A stretch of DNA of 40,251 bases. Source: Eubacteriales bacterium. Its GTDB lineage: Bacteria > Bacillota > Clostridia > Oscillospirales > CAG-272. The DNA lies in the NCBI GenBank assembly GCA_045660565.1, contig JAZRDX010000089.1, positions 1-40,251 on the forward strand. Direction: 5' to 3'. The notes beneath the pieces are model-generated. The model saw only the letters and a program-made list of their open reading frames with translations, was not told where the DNA came from and searched no databases. The position numbers and the translations under genes are program-made. Of this stretch, positions 36,177 through 40,251 are shown piece by piece. Numbering within the stretch: the first letter of the stretch is position 1; each line of letters starts with the position of its first letter.

Positions 36177-37670
36177 ATGTTTTATGATAAGCTTTCCCGT
36201 AAAACGGGAGAAAAAAACGCGGCGCTTATAATTATTTTTTCGGTTGTTTTAATTGCGGCGCTCATACTTGTCGGAGTGAAACTTATTCCGACGGTTTATA
36301 CAAAGCTTGATCTTTCCGCAAATTCTATGTATACCCTTTCTCCCGAAACGGAAAATCTCATCGCCTCTGTTGATAAGGAGATTATAATTTACCTTATCGC
36401 TTCTCCCGGAGAGGAAAACGAGGGGGTAAAAACGTTTTTGGAAAGGTATGCCGGTAAAAGTAAGAATATAACGTTAAAAACGCTCGATCCGGTAGCCGAC
36501 GCCGAGGAGATTTACAAGTATTCGGGTTCAACGCCACCGTCAAACAGTATAGTGGTCAAGACCGAAAACCGTTACAAAATGATTCCGTACTACGATTTGT
36601 TCTACTACGGAGAGGACGCGTATAACTACGCATATATGATTTACGCGCAGTACCGTAACGCAGGTTATATAGATTCAAGCCTCAGCTTTGACAGCTATCT
36701 GAAAAAATACGCCGTATACGACGGCTGTTACTCAGGTTACGAATACGAGGAAAGTATAAACGCGGCTATAAGGTACGTTACCTCGGACAGCCTTAAAAAA
36801 ATTTATCTTCTTGCAGGACACGAGGAGGATTCCCCGTCCTTTGACGTCTATAATCACATTACAAATTTCGGTTTTGAGCTTACCAGGATCAACGCCGAAA
36901 AGATAGATATTCCGTCCGATGCCGACCTGCTTCTTCTTTTCCCGAATACCGATATCTCCACGACAGAAAAGAATAAGCTTTTGGAGTATATGAAAAACGG
37001 CGGAAAGATACTTCTCGTTACAGCGCAGGGTGGAGAATACGGAACCCTTAATACGTTACTTAAGGAATACGGCGTTGTGAGCGACGGTAAATACCTTTGC
37101 GAGGATAACGAAAATTATAATTTTGAAAAAATACCCGCGTATACCATTCCCGATGTTTCCGACGAGGGACTTGCCGAGCTTCTTGACGAGCGTGCCGCGA
37201 CCGTTCTTCTTGCGGGAACGACCGGAATAACGCTTACCGAGACACAGCCTGCCGGTATTACGGTTAAACCGCTTCTTACGACCTCGCCCGAAAGCTATAC
37301 CACGGACGATATTGTTGACTATAAATTCGATGCAGCAAAAGATGTTAGAAAGGTAAGATACACCGGTGTATCCGCTACGAACGAAAACGGAGGCGGATTT
37401 GTATGGATTTCGGCACCGAGCGTGCTTTACGAGGATTATACCGTTTATACGAACGGCGGCAACCTGCTTACCTTGACGTATTATATAAACTCACTTACCG
37501 AGAATACCTATCCTGAGCCTGTTCCGGCGGTAATGCTTACGTCTGCAAAGACAGATGTGCCTAAATGGTTTATATATACCTTTGCCTCGGTTTTCTGCGG
37601 AGCCGTGCCGCTTGGTCTTGTCGGCTTTGGCTTGTTACGGAAAAGACGCCTCTATTCTGAAACGGTATAA
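36177..37670 (+). CDS. GldG-like auxiliary component of an ABC-2 transport system (anchored at both ends)
   Basis: ORF 36090..37670. I prefer the ATG at 36177 (GGGGGA 7 nt upstream); the ATG at 36150, which overlaps the upstream stop, is an alternative. N-terminal TM (AALIIIFSVVLIAALILVGV), a large extracytoplasmic region, and a C-terminal TM (FASVFCGAVPLGLVGFGLL) followed by RKRR. Confidence 0.6.
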   Translation: MFYDKLSRKTGEKNAALIIIFSVVLIAALILVGVKLIPTVYTKLDLSANSMYTLSPETENLIASVDKEIIIYLIASPGEENEGVKTFLERYAGKSKNITLKTLDPVADAEEIYKYSGSTPPSNSIVVKTENRYKMIPYYDLFYYGEDAYNYAYMIYAQYRNAGYIDSSLSFDSYLKKYAVYDGCYSGYEYEESINAAIRYVTSDSLKKIYLLAGHEEDSPSFDVYNHITNFGFELTRINAEKIDIPSDADLLLLFPNTDISTTEKNKLLEYMKNGGKILLVTAQGGEYGTLNTLLKEYGVVSDGKYLCEDNENYNFEKIPAYTIPDVSDEGLAELLDERAATVLLAGTTGITLTETQPAGITVKPLLTTSPESYTTDDIVDYKFDAAKDVRKVRYTGVSATNENGGGFVWISAPSVLYEDYTVYTNGGNLLTLTYYINSLTENTYPEPVPAVMLTSAKTDVPKWFIYTFASVFCGAVPLGLVGFGLLRKRRLYSETV

Positions 37671-37676
37671 AAACAA

Positions 37677-37710
37677 AAGCGCGACTTCAAATGTTATAAG
37701 TCGCGTTTTT
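37677..37710 (+). terminator. Intrinsic terminator of the ABC-2 operon
   Basis: Stem GCGCGACTT (37679-87) / AAGTCGCGT (37698-706) with a terminal G:U pair, followed by TTTT. Confidence 0.75.
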
Positions 37711-37742
37711 GAAAGCAGAATTGATATATATATACGATAAGT

Positions 37743-37774
37743 AAAAAGACGAAGAAAAAATCTTCGTCTTTTTT
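37743..37774. terminator. Bidirectional terminator (serves the minus-strand ACT gene)
   Basis: 11-bp stem AAAGACGAAGA (37745-55) / TCTTCGTCTTT (37761-71), A5 loop. A-runs and T-runs flank it. Confidence 0.8.
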
Positions 37775-37785
37775 ATATTGTCCCG

Positions 37786-38151
37786 TCAGTTTTGAACCGT
37801 ATATCCGTTATTTTCAAGTACCGAGAGTGCGGAAGAAAAGCTTTCTTTCTTAACAAAAATATAGTCGGTGTTGTAGGTTGAGACGGCGAATATACCGATG
37901 CCGTTCTCGGCAAGCAGGGTGGAGATTTTTGACAGAATTCCGATAAGTGAAAAATCAAGCGTTCCGTCGATTCTGAATGCCTTCCAGCCGTCGCTGCGGC
38001 ATAAAACGTTGTTCGGTACGTTTTCGGTTATACAAACAAGAGAGCTTTCCTCGTCGGTTACCGCTGTGAAGGAAAACGGAGTTAACGCCGCCGAAGATAA
38101 GTCGGATACCTTGCATACCGAAAAGTCATACGGAAGTTTTTTTAATATCAT
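37786..38151 (-). CDS. ACT-domain-containing protein (small, stand-alone)
   Basis: 121 aa. Pattern typical of the stand-alone ACT family (VCK...., W.AFR..G.LDF.L.GIL..I...LA...I.IFA.STY.TDYI.V). Confidence 0.6.
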   Translation of the reverse strand: MILKKLPYDFSVCKVSDLSSAALTPFSFTAVTDEESSLVCITENVPNNVLCRSDGWKAFRIDGTLDFSLIGILSKISTLLAENGIGIFAVSTYNTDYIFVKKESFSSALSVLENNGYTVQN

Positions 38152-38174
38152 ATTTCAGGTGAAGCCGTCGGATT

Positions 38175-38849
38175 TTAAAGGAGCTTCATTAAGTCCTTAT
38201 AGATACGTTCCGCTATATTTTCCATTCCGAGGTCGCCGGGGTGATTCGCAACTCCGCTATGCTCGAAAAGAGCTAACGCCTTCATTTCGGGAAGCTCTCC
38301 GAGGTCGTTAAGCTCGGTAGGCTCTATTCCGTGTTTCTTGCATATATTACGAATTGCGACGTCAGCGACTTCGTGCTTCCAGAAGCAGGTGGTGAGCAGG
38401 AGCTTTGCCTTTCCACGACCTATAAATTCAAGAAATTTTTCGGCAGCCGCTTCAAAAGCCGCTTTGTCGGTGGTTCTGCTGACGTTTTCTCCAAGTCTGA
38501 AAACTATGATGTCAGGTTCAAAATCTCTGATATCGGAGTAGTCCTCAGGATATTCAACGTCATAGTTTCTTTCCCAGCTCGCAAACTGTCTTACGAAGAA
38601 GGAGATATTTTTTCCGCTGTTTGTAAGCTTGTTGAAAAGAAGATGAACGTAGTCGTGGTCCTTATCGCTTGCCGCCATACCGAAGTCGTGCTCCCAGCCT
38701 ATCGAGGGCTTAGGTCCGTGTCTCGTAATTGAGTTTCCGAGAACGGCGATCTTAACGCTGCCTTCAATATTTCCGAGTGTGTATGAGGTGCCGTTTTTCG
38801 TTACCTGGTTGTCCGCACTTACGGTGTTTGCATCTATTGCCATTTTCAT
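38175..38849 (-). CDS. SGNH/GDSL-family hydrolase
   Basis: 224 aa. Block I LGNSIT (Ser nucleophile), block III RLGEN. A GDxxH-like block sits near the C-terminus (HPGDLGM). Confidence 0.65.
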   Translation of the reverse strand: MKMAIDANTVSADNQVTKNGTSYTLGNIEGSVKIAVLGNSITRHGPKPSIGWEHDFGMAASDKDHDYVHLLFNKLTNSGKNISFFVRQFASWERNYDVEYPEDYSDIRDFEPDIIVFRLGENVSRTTDKAAFEAAAEKFLEFIGRGKAKLLLTTCFWKHEVADVAIRNICKKHGIEPTELNDLGELPEMKALALFEHSGVANHPGDLGMENIAERIYKDLMKLL

Positions 38850-38885
38850 TGTTCTTTACCGTGCCTTTCCTTGGTTTTTATTTAA

Positions 38886-39734
38886 TTATCCCGCCGGTGT
38901 AAAGCCTTCCGGAAGCTTAAAATCTGTTATGAGCTTAAAATAGCGCTTGTTTTCTTCCCATAGTGCGGCAGTTTTCTCCTTAGAGCTTGCCGAGATGCGC
39001 TTTACACATATAAGCGTATCGACGGGGAAAACGTTAAGCGCAGTATAAAATTTTGCAACGTCAAGTGAGTTTAAATAAAGAGAGCATTCGTCGTAGCGTG
39101 TACCCGTCGTTATTCCCATTTCGTCAAGCGGTATGAATACTCCGTTATCGTGGAGATTTTTGTAATAATCGGCGTCAATGAGGAAGATAACGTATTCGCC
39201 TGCCATAGCGTTTACCGAAAGCGTCTCCTGATTGTCCTTTATGATTGAGGGATTTAAAAAGTAGTCGCTTACGCCTTTTTCGTACATCGCCTTAAGCTCG
39301 TCGTTGTTCATAAGGATAATATCGAAAAGCTCGGCGCTTACCTTGCCGTCTCCGTTGTAGTCTGCGTCTATCTGCTGTGAAAAAGCGTCGGTTACGGCAT
39401 CTCTCTGCGCGTCGGTTAAGACCGCGGGACCTGCGTAAAGAATACGCACGTCGTATTTTTCCTTTGTAACCGACTGAACGATGAGGACTGTGAAAATTGT
39501 TACGAAGAAAAGCACGATAAGAATGTGCCATTTATAATAAAACCAGATGTCCTTCGGGGAAAGCGTACGTTTTGCCGACGTCTCCGAAGATACGGATGCG
39601 GCGACGGCTTCGGGAGAGGCGGCAGCTCTTATTGCAAGCTTTCTTGCCTCGGAAGAAAGCTCGATTTCGCTGTTCTCCGCCGATACGGATTCTCCTTTTT
39701 CTGAAAAATCATTAAATTCGTTGTTTTCGGGCAT
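38886..39734 (-). CDS. Single-pass membrane protein of unknown function
   Basis: 282 aa. Acidic and Ser-rich N-terminal ~65 aa, one TM (WHILIVLFFVTIFTVLIV), and an extracytoplasmic domain of about 195 aa with no motif I recognise. GGAGA RBS. Confidence 0.5.
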   Translation of the reverse strand: MPENNEFNDFSEKGESVSAENSEIELSSEARKLAIRAAASPEAVAASVSSETSAKRTLSPKDIWFYYKWHILIVLFFVTIFTVLIVQSVTKEKYDVRILYAGPAVLTDAQRDAVTDAFSQQIDADYNGDGKVSAELFDIILMNNDELKAMYEKGVSDYFLNPSIIKDNQETLSVNAMAGEYVIFLIDADYYKNLHDNGVFIPLDEMGITTGTRYDECSLYLNSLDVAKFYTALNVFPVDTLICVKRISASSKEKTAALWEENKRYFKLITDFKLPEGFTPAG

Positions 39735-39774
39735 TTTAAGTCTCCGTTTCTTGGGTTTTTAAAGACGTGTTTTT

Positions 39775-40251
39775 TTAAATCAGTGAAAATACAAGTATCA
39801 CGATAATTCCGAGCGCTATGCGGTAGTAGCCGAAAAGCTTGAAGTCATGCCGTTTTACAAAGCTCATTAAAAACTTTATGGCAAGAACCGATACGGTGAA
39901 TGCGACCGCTGAGCCGAGAAGAATCGTTAACATCTCCGCTTTGGTAAAGTTAAAGCCGAATTTTATAAGCTTGAGCGCGCTTGCACCGAGCATGGTGGGA
40001 AGCGCAAGGAAAAAGGTAAACTCCGCGGCGGCAACACGTGAGACGCCGATTATAAGCGCGCCGATTATCGTTGCTCCCGAACGCGAGGTTCCGGGTATCA
40101 TGGAAAGCACCTGGAAAAGACCTATGATAATTGCGGTTTTGTATCCAATGTCGCTGATGCTGTCGATTTTGGGAGTTTTGTCTCTGTTTAAGCGCTCGAT
40201 AACAATGAAAAGTATACCGTAGAATATAAGCATTACGGCTATGGAAATGGC
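39775..40251 (-). CDS. uppP: Undecaprenyl-diphosphate phosphatase (UppP/BacA); the N-terminal part lies beyond the window edge
   Basis: C-terminal ~158 aa. [12 protein letters not shown] motif. The reading frame stays open to the window end. Confidence 0.85.
   Translation of the reverse strand, partial: AISIAVMLIFYGILFIVIERLNRDKTPKIDSISDIGYKTAIIIGLFQVLSMIPGTSRSGATIIGALIIGVSRVAAAEFTFFLALPTMLGASALKLIKFGFNFTKAEMLTILLGSAVAFTVSVLAIKFLMSFVKRHDFKLFGYYRIALGIIVILVFSLI

Noticed and set aside
1-40251. I looked across the whole window for mobile elements, prophage remnants, toxin-antitoxin pairs and defence systems (RM, CBASS, retron, Abi and similar).
   Set aside because: I recognised no integrase, transposase, reverse transcriptase, nuclease-helicase pair, methyltransferase or small two-gene TA-like cassette. 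Apart from the GC-rich intergenic patches reported above, composition and gene content look uniformly chromosomal and housekeeping.

Overview
This is about 40 kb of dense, housekeeping-dominated chromosome. It most likely comes from a spore-forming Firmicute of the Clostridia type. Supporting gene content: ylbJ, the yqfC-yqfD-phoH-ybeY-era-recO block, a DUF1540 protein, lepB-ylqF-rnhB-yraN-mutS2, tig-clpP-clpX, and pgk-tpiA. I call about 40 CDS with frequent strand switches. I also call seven near-consensus SigA-type promoters, five of them with an extended -10, and several clear intrinsic terminators. I saw no rRNA, tRNA, CRISPR array, transposase, integrase, phage gene or recognisable defence gene. 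Most of the window is ordinary core genome. Two items could be genuinely undescribed. (1) A 233-nt non-coding element at 31021-31253: an interrupted GC-rich rod closes four perfect AT-rich hairpins, and I cannot assign it to any RNA family. (2) A GldA/GldF/GldG-like ABC-2 operon at 34180-37670 whose only nucleotide-binding subunit has lost every catalytic motif while staying an intact ORF. Smaller oddities are listed as findings: a roughly 35-aa insertion in Pgk, a His15-less mini-HPr-like gene behind tpiA, a divergent long Prs paralogue, an orphan rhaB cassette, an orphan archaeal-type iPGM, and several unexplained repeats and hairpins. All functional calls come from reading motifs in the supplied translations. 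No database search was run.
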